Assembly: GCA_934098705.1 (NCBI GenBank)
Contig: CAKOPC010000002.1
Location: 26,990 to 90,989 of the forward strand
DNA length: 64,000 nt
Direction of reading: 5' to 3'
Source: an uncultured Bacilli bacterium
Lineage (GTDB): Bacteria > Bacillota_I > Bacilli_A > RF39 > UBA660
Below are positions 30,454-39,002 of this stretch, piece by piece; within the stretch, counting starts at the first letter, position 1, and every line of letters begins with the position of its first letter. The notes under the pieces are model-generated. The model did not search any database, was not told where the DNA came from, and saw only the letters and a list, made by a program, of their open reading frames with translations. A program made the position numbers and the translations under genes.

Positions 30454-31236
30454 TTATTTAACGTTTTTTGACTTATCTATAGCCTTGCAACATAAATTGC
30501 ATAAAGGACACTTTAAACATAAAGGATTCGTAGGAAAGCAAAAAGTTCTCCCTAAATTCCAAAAGGCAGTTGTTAACTTACCTGGAAAAGAAGGATACAA
30601 TTTCCTTGCTTCATCTATTATTTCTTTTTGATTATCATTTTCAACAAGTCCAAGTCTTAAAAATAATCTACGAATATGAATATCATAAGCAATATCAATA
30701 TTTTCTTTATCTAAAATATTAACATTCATATCTCTAACTAATATTAAAGTTCCAAGTGATGCTTTTTTATGACTTATTCCTTTAAATTTTTCCAAATTTG
30801 AAACTATAGAAGCAGCACTTTGCCCTTTCCATATGTTAGAAGCATTAGAATCATACTTATTAACTATATCATAAATTGCACTATAAATATAATTAGCCAT
30901 TTTTTTAGGATATCTGTGTAATGCCTTATTTTTCCTAATTAAATTTTCAAGTTTTGCTTCATTATACTCTTTTAATATTCTATTAAAGTCAAAATAACCT
31001 ATTCTTTTAGACAATTTATATGGTAAACTCCAAGCAACAGATGCATTTACTGATTGGTCTGCTATTAAACCAATAATAAAAGCATTTACATTATTATAAA
31101 TAAAATCTTTTTCCTCATTTTCTAGTAAATTAGCCTTTAAAATACTGCTTTCATCCTCTATTTTTTCTAAATATTCTAAAACTGCTTTCAATATATTACT
31201 CTCTTTTTCAGTCAAATTGTTACCTTTCATAAACAA
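30454..31236 (-). CDS. HhH-GPD superfamily DNA glycosylase-like protein with endonuclease III-type [4Fe-4S] cluster loop
   Basis: 260 aa. HhH-like GISHKKASLGTL, Asp-containing YDIHIRRLFLRLGL (cf. EndoIII VDTHIFRV.NRLGL), C-terminal C-x6-C-x2-C-x5-C (CFPTNPLCLKCPLCNLC). Confidence 0.5.
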   Translation of the reverse strand: MFMKGNNLTEKESNILKAVLEYLEKIEDESSILKANLLENEEKDFIYNNVNAFIIGLIADQSVNASVAWSLPYKLSKRIGYFDFNRILKEYNEAKLENLIRKNKALHRYPKKMANYIYSAIYDIVNKYDSNASNIWKGQSAASIVSNLEKFKGISHKKASLGTLILVRDMNVNILDKENIDIAYDIHIRRLFLRLGLVENDNQKEIIDEARKLYPSFPGKLTTAFWNLGRTFCFPTNPLCLKCPLCNLCCKAIDKSKNVK

Positions 31237-31315
31237 ACACTCCTAATATTAATTAAAACTTAAAGAAAGAAAAAAAACAAGATTTTTTCATATATTTTAC
31301 TAGGGAGCTTATCTT

Positions 31316-31636
31316 ATGAATTTGGATCATAAAACATCAAAAACTTATACTATAATAGCTTGCATAATTGGTTTTGCACTAATAGATGACCTAACAGCAA
31401 ACGAACAAAATGCATTAGGTAATTTTTTATATTTAGTAGCCCAAATACTAGAAACAAATAGTGCACTGCAACAAAATATCGAAGAAAAATTAAAAGGTGT
31501 TACAACAAATATAAATAGTAAAAATGCTAAAGGAGGAGGTACACCTTTTACAGATAATTATATAAGTAATGATGTACTTAAAAAGTTAATAAAAGATGTT
31601 GATTTAATTAAGGAAACACTAGAAAATTTAAAATAA
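31316..31636 (+). CDS. Hypothetical small protein
   Basis: 106 aa; one hydrophobic segment near the N-terminus; no motif recognised. Confidence 0.35.
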   Translation: MNLDHKTSKTYTIIACIIGFALIDDLTANEQNALGNFLYLVAQILETNSALQQNIEEKLKGVTTNINSKNAKGGGTPFTDNYISNDVLKKLIKDVDLIKETLENLK

Positions 31637-31713
31637 CATAGACTTTTTTTTAAAAATATTATATAATGTTACTGGTTAATTCTTTTATATGAGTTAAAAA
31701 GGAGGAAAAATTT

Positions 31714-33393
31714 ATGTTATTTAAACCTAACAAGACATATGTCTTTGCTTTAGGTGGATTAGGTGAAGTTGGAAAAAATATGTATTGTGTAATGCATGGC
31801 AATGAAATTATAATCATTGACGCTGGTGTTTTATTTCCAGATGAAGAATTACACGGTATTGATTATGTTTTACCAGATTTTGATTTTTTAAAGAAAAACG
31901 AAAAAAAGATTAAAACTTTAGTAATTACACATGGTCATGAAGATCATATTGGAGGCATACCATTTTTATTACAAAATGTTAATATTCCTTCAATTTTTGC
32001 ACCTAATCAAGCCTATGCGCTTATAAAGAAAAAATTAGAAGAAAGAAACATTAACTATAAAGGATTAAGAAGTTATACAAGTAATGATAAGTTAAAATTT
32101 AAAAATTTTGAAATTTCGTTTTTTAGAACAACCCACTCTGTTCCAGATTCTCATGCAATATATGTAAAAACACCAGATGGCAATATCGTTCAAACAGGAG
32201 ATTTTAAAATGGATTTAACACCTATTGGACCAGTTTGTGATTTTGCTAAAATGGCAGAAATTTCAAAAGAAGGAGTAACACTTCTTATGGCAGATTCAAC
32301 TAATGCTTTAGATGAAGGGTTTTCTCTTTCAGAATCAAAAGTTGATGAAGCACTACATGAAGTATTTGCAAAACATCAAAGTAGAAGACTTATAATTGCC
32401 ACCTTTGCCTCTAATATATACCGTTTAAAACATATTATCGAAACAAGTAAAGAATATGGAAGAAAGGTATGTATATTTGGTAGAAGCATGGAAAACAACA
32501 TTAATATATCAATCGAAGGTGGATATATTGATGCCAAAGATGTTATAGTAACTGCAGATGTTGCTAATAATTTAAAACCTGGCGAAGTTGTACTTTTATG
32601 TACTGGTACACAAGGAGAACCACTTGCTGCATTATCAAGAATTGCCGATGGTATCCATAAACAAATAACACTTCGTCCTGATGATGTTGTTATATTCTCA
32701 TCATCTGCTATCCCAGGTAATGCTAATGCTATAGCAAGAACTATAAATAATCTTTACCTAAAAGGTGTTAAAGTATACACAACATCCAATGAAAGAGAAA
32801 TCCATGCATCAGGTCATGCTATGAGTGATGAATTAAAACTTATGATAAGACTTATTAACCCTAAGTACTTAATGCCAATACATGGTGAATACAGAATGCT
32901 TAAAAAACACGCAAAATGGGGTATTGAATGTGATATACCAAAAGAAAACACCTTTATCTTAGATAATGGTGATGTGTTAGAACTTGATAATGGAACTGTT
33001 TCCCATGTTGGTAAATTTGATGTTAATGAATCATATGTTGATGGAAGTAGAATTGGAGAAATATCTGGTGCAGTATTAAATGATAGAAAAATAATGGCAA
33101 ATGATGGAATATTAGTTATAATTGCTAATATTAACATTGAAAATAGAAAACTTTTAGGAAAGCCAATGATTACAACAAGAGGTTTTATCCTAATAAATGA
33201 AAATGAAGAACTTATAAATAAAATAGAAAAAGTTGCTACTAAATCAATTATAAAAGAATTAAAAAATAAAACAGCAACTTATCAAGATATAAAACAAGAA
33301 TTAACTAAAGATGTATCAACATTTATAAAAACTGAAACAGGTAGAAAACCAATAGTTCTTCCAATAATTTCTAATATAAAAATAGAAAAATAG
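31714..33393 (+). CDS. rnj: Ribonuclease J (metallo-beta-lactamase / beta-CASP 5'-3' exo/endoribonuclease)
   Basis: 559 aa. MBL motif HGHEDHIGG, beta-CASP region, C-terminal domain; strong RBS AAAGGAGG upstream. Confidence 0.9.
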   Translation: MLFKPNKTYVFALGGLGEVGKNMYCVMHGNEIIIIDAGVLFPDEELHGIDYVLPDFDFLKKNEKKIKTLVITHGHEDHIGGIPFLLQNVNIPSIFAPNQAYALIKKKLEERNINYKGLRSYTSNDKLKFKNFEISFFRTTHSVPDSHAIYVKTPDGNIVQTGDFKMDLTPIGPVCDFAKMAEISKEGVTLLMADSTNALDEGFSLSESKVDEALHEVFAKHQSRRLIIATFASNIYRLKHIIETSKEYGRKVCIFGRSMENNINISIEGGYIDAKDVIVTADVANNLKPGEVVLLCTGTQGEPLAALSRIADGIHKQITLRPDDVVIFSSSAIPGNANAIARTINNLYLKGVKVYTTSNEREIHASGHAMSDELKLMIRLINPKYLMPIHGEYRMLKKHAKWGIECDIPKENTFILDNGDVLELDNGTVSHVGKFDVNESYVDGSRIGEISGAVLNDRKIMANDGILVIIANINIENRKLLGKPMITTRGFILINENEELINKIEKVATKSIIKELKNKTATYQDIKQELTKDVSTFIKTETGRKPIVLPIISNIKIEK

Positions 33394-33418
33394 TCAATTT
33401 AACTTGGCTATTTTTTTT
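33388..33418 (+). terminator. Intrinsic terminator of rnj
   Basis: 10-bp stem AAATAGTCAA / TTGGCTATTT (one G-U pair) with a 6-nt loop, followed by TTTTTTT; overlaps the TAG stop. Confidence 0.5.
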
Positions 33419-34310
33419 ACTTAAAAAGTTCTAAAATATCATAAAATTCTTTAGGAGGCATAGCTTCTATATATATTTCTTTTTTTGTTATAGGGTGAAT
33501 AAATCTTATACTTTGAGAGTGAAGCATCTGTCCAAAAGATGGATTAAATATCTTTCTATTACCATATACATTATCATTTACAACTGGATGTCCTATGTAA
33601 TTTAAGTGAACTCTTATTTGATGAGTTCTACCAGTTTTAAGTTTACATTTTATTAAAGTTGCTTCCTTATATCTTTCTAAAACTGTAAAATAAGTTATGG
33701 CATCTTTAGCATTTATATCTGTAACCATATATTTTTGACGATTTTTAATATCTCTTCCAAGTGGAGCATCAATACAACCACTATCATGTTTTAAAACACC
33801 CCAAACTAAACAAAGATAATTTCTTTCAACCTTTTTATTTTTTATCATGTTAGATAACATTTCATGAATCTTATCATTTTTAGCAACAACCATAACACCA
33901 CTTGTATCCTTATCAAGTCTATGCACAATACCTGGTCTTACACTATCCTTATTACTTACTCCATCATTAAAATAATATAAAAGTCCTTGTGATAAAGTAT
34001 TATGATAATTGCCTGGAGCAGGATGCACAACAACCCCACTTTGTTTATTTATAATTGCTAAATATTCATCTTCATATAAAATATCTATATCTAATTTCTC
34101 AGGTTTTAAATAGGAAATATCCTCCTCCTCTTCCTTATAAGTTATAATATCTCCATTCTTTACTTTATAACTTTCTTTACAAAGTTTACCATTTACCTTT
34201 ACATTACCATTTTTTATCATTTCTTTTATTTTAGTTCTTGAAATATCACTATTATTTTTTAAATATACATCAAGTCTTATATCATTATCTATTACTACAA
34301 CTTCTTTCAT
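33417..34310 (-). CDS. rluD: RluA-family 23S rRNA pseudouridine synthase (RluD-like) with N-terminal S4 domain
   Basis: 297 aa. S4-like N-terminus, catalytic motif HRLDKDTSGVMVVAK. Confidence 0.85.
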   Translation of the reverse strand: MKEVVVIDNDIRLDVYLKNNSDISRTKIKEMIKNGNVKVNGKLCKESYKVKNGDIITYKEEEEDISYLKPEKLDIDILYEDEYLAIINKQSGVVVHPAPGNYHNTLSQGLLYYFNDGVSNKDSVRPGIVHRLDKDTSGVMVVAKNDKIHEMLSNMIKNKKVERNYLCLVWGVLKHDSGCIDAPLGRDIKNRQKYMVTDINAKDAITYFTVLERYKEATLIKCKLKTGRTHQIRVHLNYIGHPVVNDNVYGNRKIFNPSFGQMLHSQSIRFIHPITKKEIYIEAMPPKEFYDILELFK

Positions 34311-34785
34311 GTTTGTCCTCCATTAAAATATTAATAATTAAAATTATTCCCCCAACAACTATAAAAACATCTGCAAAATTAAATATAGGGAAGTAATAAC
34401 TTCCAAATTTAAAACTTAAAAAATCTATTACATAACCATTAAAACATCTATCAAATAAATTACCTAAAATGCCCCCTATCATTAAAGAATAGGACATAAT
34501 TTGTAAAACGTTTAAATCCTTTTTTAATAAAAACTTATTGATTAGTAAAAGTGATACTATAGCGGTAATAATTAAAATAATAGTATTATTAGGAAACATA
34601 CTAAAAGCTGCACCATTATTAGTTACATAATCTATATAAAAGAAATTCTTTATAACTTCCTTTTTAAATAAAACGTTACCACATCTTACAATAAAGTACT
34701 TTGTTATTATATCAAAAACAAAAAAAAGAATTGCAAAACCATATACCACCACATAATCTTTATACTTATCATATAATTTTGACAT
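34285..34785 (-). CDS. lspA: Lipoprotein signal peptidase (signal peptidase II)
   Basis: 166 aa, 4 TM helices, conserved NxGAAFS and FNFADVFI motifs. Confidence 0.85.
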   Translation of the reverse strand: MSKLYDKYKDYVVVYGFAILFFVFDIITKYFIVRCGNVLFKKEVIKNFFYIDYVTNNGAAFSMFPNNTIILIITAIVSLLLINKFLLKKDLNVLQIMSYSLMIGGILGNLFDRCFNGYVIDFLSFKFGSYYFPIFNFADVFIVVGGIILIINILMEDKHERSCSNR

Positions 34786-34828
34786 AATATCACCTCAAAT
34801 AGTAGTATACCATAATTTATTAATTTAA

Positions 34829-35062
34829 TTAACTATTTTTAACAAGTATAACATCAGTTCCAATTCTTTCTATTCTATCCCAAGTTATTTCTTTTTCTTC
34901 TTGTTTACCCATTTTAAACATTCCTTTACTTATTGGTTCTGTTATTAAAGATATAAGATGCCCTGCACTATCTAATTTAACATCTATTATATTACCTATT
35001 TTATTACCATTTAAATCAATTATATCTTTATGTTGAAGTTCTGATAAACGCATAATTATCAC
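34829..35062 (-). CDS. PRC-barrel protein, YlmC/YmxH family
   Basis: 77 aa. RLSELQHKDIIDLNGNKIGNIIDVKLD is typical of the small YlmC/YmxH PRC-barrel proteins of sporulating Firmicutes. Confidence 0.6.
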   Translation of the reverse strand: MIIMRLSELQHKDIIDLNGNKIGNIIDVKLDSAGHLISLITEPISKGMFKMGKQEEKEITWDRIERIGTDVILVKNS

Positions 35063-35102
35063 CTATTAATATATATGAAAAAAATAGATAAAACATTTCT
35101 AT

Positions 35103-35984
35103 CTATTTTAAGTAATTAATAACTTGTAATGCTGCTATAGTACCATCACTTGTTGCAGTTGTAAGTTGTCTTACCTTTTTATAAGTACAATCACCTGCGG
35201 CAAAAATACCATCTACATTTGTTTTACAATCTATAGTCTTTATATAACCATCATCTGTAAGATTTACTAACCCTTTAAATATATCATTACAAGGCTCAAG
35301 TCCTATCGATATAAACATACCATCTGCCTTTAATGTATCTTTATCATTTATAATAACTGAAGATAAAGCATCATCTCCATTTATTTTTGTGATTTTTGAT
35401 GATAATAAAATCTTTATATTAGATATTTTTTTTATTTCCTCTATTAATTTCTCTTCTCCTGTTAATTTATCAAGATTTTGGACCATGTAAACATTTTTAC
35501 AAATAGAAGATAAAGAAATAGCATTAATAAGAGCCGTATTGCCTCCCCCTACAACTATTACATCTTTTCCTTTATAAAAAGCCCCATCACAAGTAACACA
35601 AAAATGTATTCCCTTTCCTATTAAATTATCTTCATTTTCTAAATTTAATTTTCTATGTGAAACTCCAGTTGCAATTATAATTGTTTTTGAAAAATAAGTA
35701 TTATCATCTGTTACAACCTTTTTAGTATCCCCATCCAATACCTTTAAAACAGTACCTATCTCAAAAGAAACGCCAAGATCTTCTACCTGTTTAAAAACAT
35801 TATCTACCAAAGATGCCCCTTTTATATCAGGACATCCTGGGTAATTTGAAACTTTGGGAGATGAGGATATTTGTCCCCCAATAGTTTCTTTTTCTATAAT
35901 TAAACACTTAAGATTTGCTCTTGCAAGATATATAGAAGCGGTCATACCAGCCATTCCGCATCCTATAATTATACAGTCATACAT
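35103..35984 (-). CDS. trxB: Thioredoxin-disulfide reductase-like flavoprotein (low-Mr TrxB type)
   Basis: 293 aa. FAD-binding GCGMAGMTASIY, redox CxxC CVTCDGAF, NAD(P)H-binding GGGNTA. No C-terminal extension. Confidence 0.7.
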   Translation of the reverse strand: MYDCIIIGCGMAGMTASIYLARANLKCLIIEKETIGGQISSSPKVSNYPGCPDIKGASLVDNVFKQVEDLGVSFEIGTVLKVLDGDTKKVVTDDNTYFSKTIIIATGVSHRKLNLENEDNLIGKGIHFCVTCDGAFYKGKDVIVVGGGNTALINAISLSSICKNVYMVQNLDKLTGEEKLIEEIKKISNIKILLSSKITKINGDDALSSVIINDKDTLKADGMFISIGLEPCNDIFKGLVNLTDDGYIKTIDCKTNVDGIFAAGDCTYKKVRQLTTATSDGTIAALQVINYLK

Positions 35985-35987
35985 AAA

Positions 35988-38309
35988 TTATGCCTCTTCT
36001 GTAAACTTCTTTATATTTGATAAATTAACAATATTAGTTGCAACACCATTTTTTATAACAACTAAAGTTGGAGCCTGTTTTACATTATATTTTTTAGTTA
36101 AATCAACATCTTCTTCAGCATCTACAAATTCATATTTTATATGTTTTTTATCAAGAAGTGTTTTAGCTACTTTACAATTAGGACATGTTTTAGTACCAAA
36201 TAACATAATTTTATCTTCTTCATTATGACATTTTTCATGATGACAATCTAAATTATATTCTTTTCTCATTTCAAATTCTTTTGTTTTACCAGCATTCCAG
36301 TTTTTTATTGGTCTATAATATCCAGTTATTCTACTATAAACTTCTGTTTCACAACCACATTTAGGACATTTATAAACTTCTCCAGTTATATAGCCATGAT
36401 TTTTACATACTGAGTATGTTGGAGATATTGTGTAATATGGTAATTTATAATTATTAGCTATAGTTTTAACAAGGTTAGCAGCACTTTTCCAGCCATCTAA
36501 TCTTTCTCCTAAGAAAGCATGGAATACTGTACCTGATGTATATAAAGTTTGAAGTTCATCTTGTATATCTAACGCTTCAAATAAATCTTCTGTATAACCA
36601 ACAGGTAAATGAGAACTATTAGTATAATATGGTGTATCATCATTAGATGCTGTAATGATATCTTTAAACATTTCCTTATCTTTTTTAGCAAGTCTATAAG
36701 AAGTTGATTCAGCTGGTGTTGCTTCAAGATTATATAAATCACCATACTCTTCTTGATAATCAGCAAGCTTTTCTCTCATATAATTTAATACATCTTTAGT
36801 AAATTCTTGTGCTTCTTTATTAGTTAAATCTTTTTTAATCCAAGAAGCATTTAAACAAGCTTCATTCATACCAACAAGTCCAATAGTTGAAAAATGATTA
36901 CTAAATGTTTTTAAATATCTCTTAGTATAAGGATATAATCCCTCTTCAAGTAATTTTGATATTACATTTCTCTTTATCTTTAAACTACGTGCTGCAATAT
37001 CCATAATTTTTGTAAGTCTTTCATAAAAATCTTTTTCGTCTTTTGCAAGATAAGCAATACGTGGCATATTAATTGTTACAACACCTATTGAACCAGTACT
37101 TTCACCACTACCAAAATAACCTCCTGATTTTTTACGTAATTCTCTTAAATCAAGTCTTAATCTACAACACATACTTCTAACATCACTTGGTTCCATGTCA
37201 GAGTTTATATAATTTGAAAAGTATGGAGTACCATATTTAGCAGTCATTTCAAATAATAACTTATTGTTTTCTGTTTCTTTAAAATCAAAATCTTTAGTTA
37301 TTGAATAAGTTGGAATTGGGTACTGGAAACCTCTTCCATTAGCATCACCTTCAATCATAATCTCAATAAAGGCTTTGTTTATCATATCCATTTCTTTTTG
37401 ACAATCTTTATATTTAAAATCTACTTCACGTCCTCCAATAATTGCATTAAGTTCTGCTAAGTCATTAGGGCAAGTCCAGTCAAGAGTAACATTTGTAAAC
37501 GGTGCTTGTGTTCCCCATCTTGAAGGAGTATTAACACCATATACAAATGATTGTATTGCCTGTTTTGTTTCTTTATATGACAAATTGTCTATTTTAACAA
37601 AAGGAGCAAGATATGTATCAAAACTTGAAAATGCTTGTGCTCCAGCCCATTCATTTTGCATAATACCTAAAAAATTAACCATTTGATTACATAATGTTGA
37701 TAAATGTTTCGCAGGTGATGATGTTATTTTTCCAGGAACTCCTCCAAGTCCTTCCAAAATTAATTGTTTTAAACTCCAACCAGCACAATATCCTGTAAGC
37801 ATTGACAAATCGTGAATATGGAAAGTACAATCACGATGTGCCTTGGCAATTTCTTCATCATATATCTCACTTAACCAGTAGTTAGCAGTAATTGCTCCAC
37901 TATTACTTAAAATAAGACCTCCAACTGAATATGTTACTGTTGAGTTTTCCTTAACTCTCCAGTCAGTTACATTAACATAACTATTTACAACTTCCCTATA
38001 ATCTAACATTGTATTTTTAATATTACGCATTTTATCATGTGATTTACGATATAAAATATATGCTTTAGCAACTTTATCATAACCTGCATTAATTAAAGTT
38101 TTTTCAACTGCATCTTGTATATCTTCAACATTTACAATATTATTTTCAACTTTACTATTAAAAGCAGCAGTAACTTTTAAAGATAAAAAGTCAATTATAT
38201 TTTCGTCATAACACTCCCCTTCTGCTTCAAAAGCCTTAATAATAGCTTTACTTATTTTTTCCATTTCAAATGAAACAATTTTACCGTCTCTTTTTCTTAC
38301 TTTATACAT
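35988..38309 (-). CDS. nrdD: Anaerobic ribonucleoside-triphosphate reductase NrdD (class III RNR) with N-terminal ATP-cone and C-terminal glutaredoxin/NrdH-like fusion
   Basis: 773 aa. ATP-cone (VRKRDGKIVSFEMEKI...VEDIQDAVE), active-site loop SMCCRLRL, C-terminal Zn-ribbon CPKCGC + glycyl-radical region (RITGYY). Extra ~75-aa tail with thioredoxin-fold CxxC (FGTKTCPNCKVAK ... APTLVV). Confidence 0.9.
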   Translation of the reverse strand: MYKVRKRDGKIVSFEMEKISKAIIKAFEAEGECYDENIIDFLSLKVTAAFNSKVENNIVNVEDIQDAVEKTLINAGYDKVAKAYILYRKSHDKMRNIKNTMLDYREVVNSYVNVTDWRVKENSTVTYSVGGLILSNSGAITANYWLSEIYDEEIAKAHRDCTFHIHDLSMLTGYCAGWSLKQLILEGLGGVPGKITSSPAKHLSTLCNQMVNFLGIMQNEWAGAQAFSSFDTYLAPFVKIDNLSYKETKQAIQSFVYGVNTPSRWGTQAPFTNVTLDWTCPNDLAELNAIIGGREVDFKYKDCQKEMDMINKAFIEIMIEGDANGRGFQYPIPTYSITKDFDFKETENNKLLFEMTAKYGTPYFSNYINSDMEPSDVRSMCCRLRLDLRELRKKSGGYFGSGESTGSIGVVTINMPRIAYLAKDEKDFYERLTKIMDIAARSLKIKRNVISKLLEEGLYPYTKRYLKTFSNHFSTIGLVGMNEACLNASWIKKDLTNKEAQEFTKDVLNYMREKLADYQEEYGDLYNLEATPAESTSYRLAKKDKEMFKDIITASNDDTPYYTNSSHLPVGYTEDLFEALDIQDELQTLYTSGTVFHAFLGERLDGWKSAANLVKTIANNYKLPYYTISPTYSVCKNHGYITGEVYKCPKCGCETEVYSRITGYYRPIKNWNAGKTKEFEMRKEYNLDCHHEKCHNEEDKIMLFGTKTCPNCKVAKTLLDKKHIKYEFVDAEEDVDLTKKYNVKQAPTLVVIKNGVATNIVNLSNIKKFTEEA

Positions 38310-38324
38310 ATTTTTACTTCCTTC

Positions 38325-39002
38325 CTACCTAACTTTAATTTTTCTTTTTTTATTTAAAACATCTTCCATATAAATAAGTTCATCTTCTGTAAAACCATGA
38401 AGATTTTTATTCATAACATTATTACTTAATCTAAAATTTTGTATATAATAAGGTGTTTCTTTTTTAAACATATCATTTATTTCTAAAATATCAAAAATAG
38501 TATGATATTCTTTTATAACAGTAGTTCTAAATTCATGTAAAACATTAGAGTCTTCAAGTATTTTTATACTTTGCATTATCTTATCTGTATTAATATTAAC
38601 GCCCGTTACCATACTATATTTTGCAAGTGTTTGTTTAATATCCATTGCTACATAATCTAGTAAATTACTATCAATCAAATCTTTTAACATAACAGGATTA
38701 TATCCGTTAGTATCAAGTTTAACTTTATAACCCATATCCTTTATTTTTTTTATAAACTCTTTTAAATCCTTATGTATCGTAGGCTCTCCTCCAGTTATTA
38801 CAACGCCTTCAAGAATACCTTTTCTTTTTTCTAAATACGAAAATACCTTATCCATTTCTAAAGTGTCATCATCTAAATTATTTATAAGACCACTATTTTG
38901 ACAAAAAGGACACTTAAAATTACATCCTTTAGTAAATATTATACAAGATAAAGTATCTGGGAAATCCAAAAGAGTTACCTTTTGCATTCCTGCAATCTTC
39001 AT
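38325..39002 (-). CDS. nrdG: Anaerobic ribonucleotide reductase activating protein (radical SAM)
   Basis: 225 aa; radical SAM cluster motif CNFKCPFCQN, GGEPT glycine-rich motif; directly upstream of nrdD. Confidence 0.85.
   Translation of the reverse strand: MKIAGMQKVTLLDFPDTLSCIIFTKGCNFKCPFCQNSGLINNLDDDTLEMDKVFSYLEKRKGILEGVVITGGEPTIHKDLKEFIKKIKDMGYKVKLDTNGYNPVMLKDLIDSNLLDYVAMDIKQTLAKYSMVTGVNINTDKIMQSIKILEDSNVLHEFRTTVIKEYHTIFDILEINDMFKKETPYYIQNFRLSNNVMNKNLHGFTEDELIYMEDVLNKKRKIKVR

Noticed and set aside
32814-33137. 107-aa minus-strand ORF within rnj
   Set aside because: Antisense to RNase J; no signals.
35854-36766. ORFs 35854..36228 (+) and 36569..36766 (-) overlapping trxB/nrdD
   Set aside because: The first spans the trxB/nrdD junction antisense; the second is an internal out-of-frame ORF in nrdD. 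Both unsupported.
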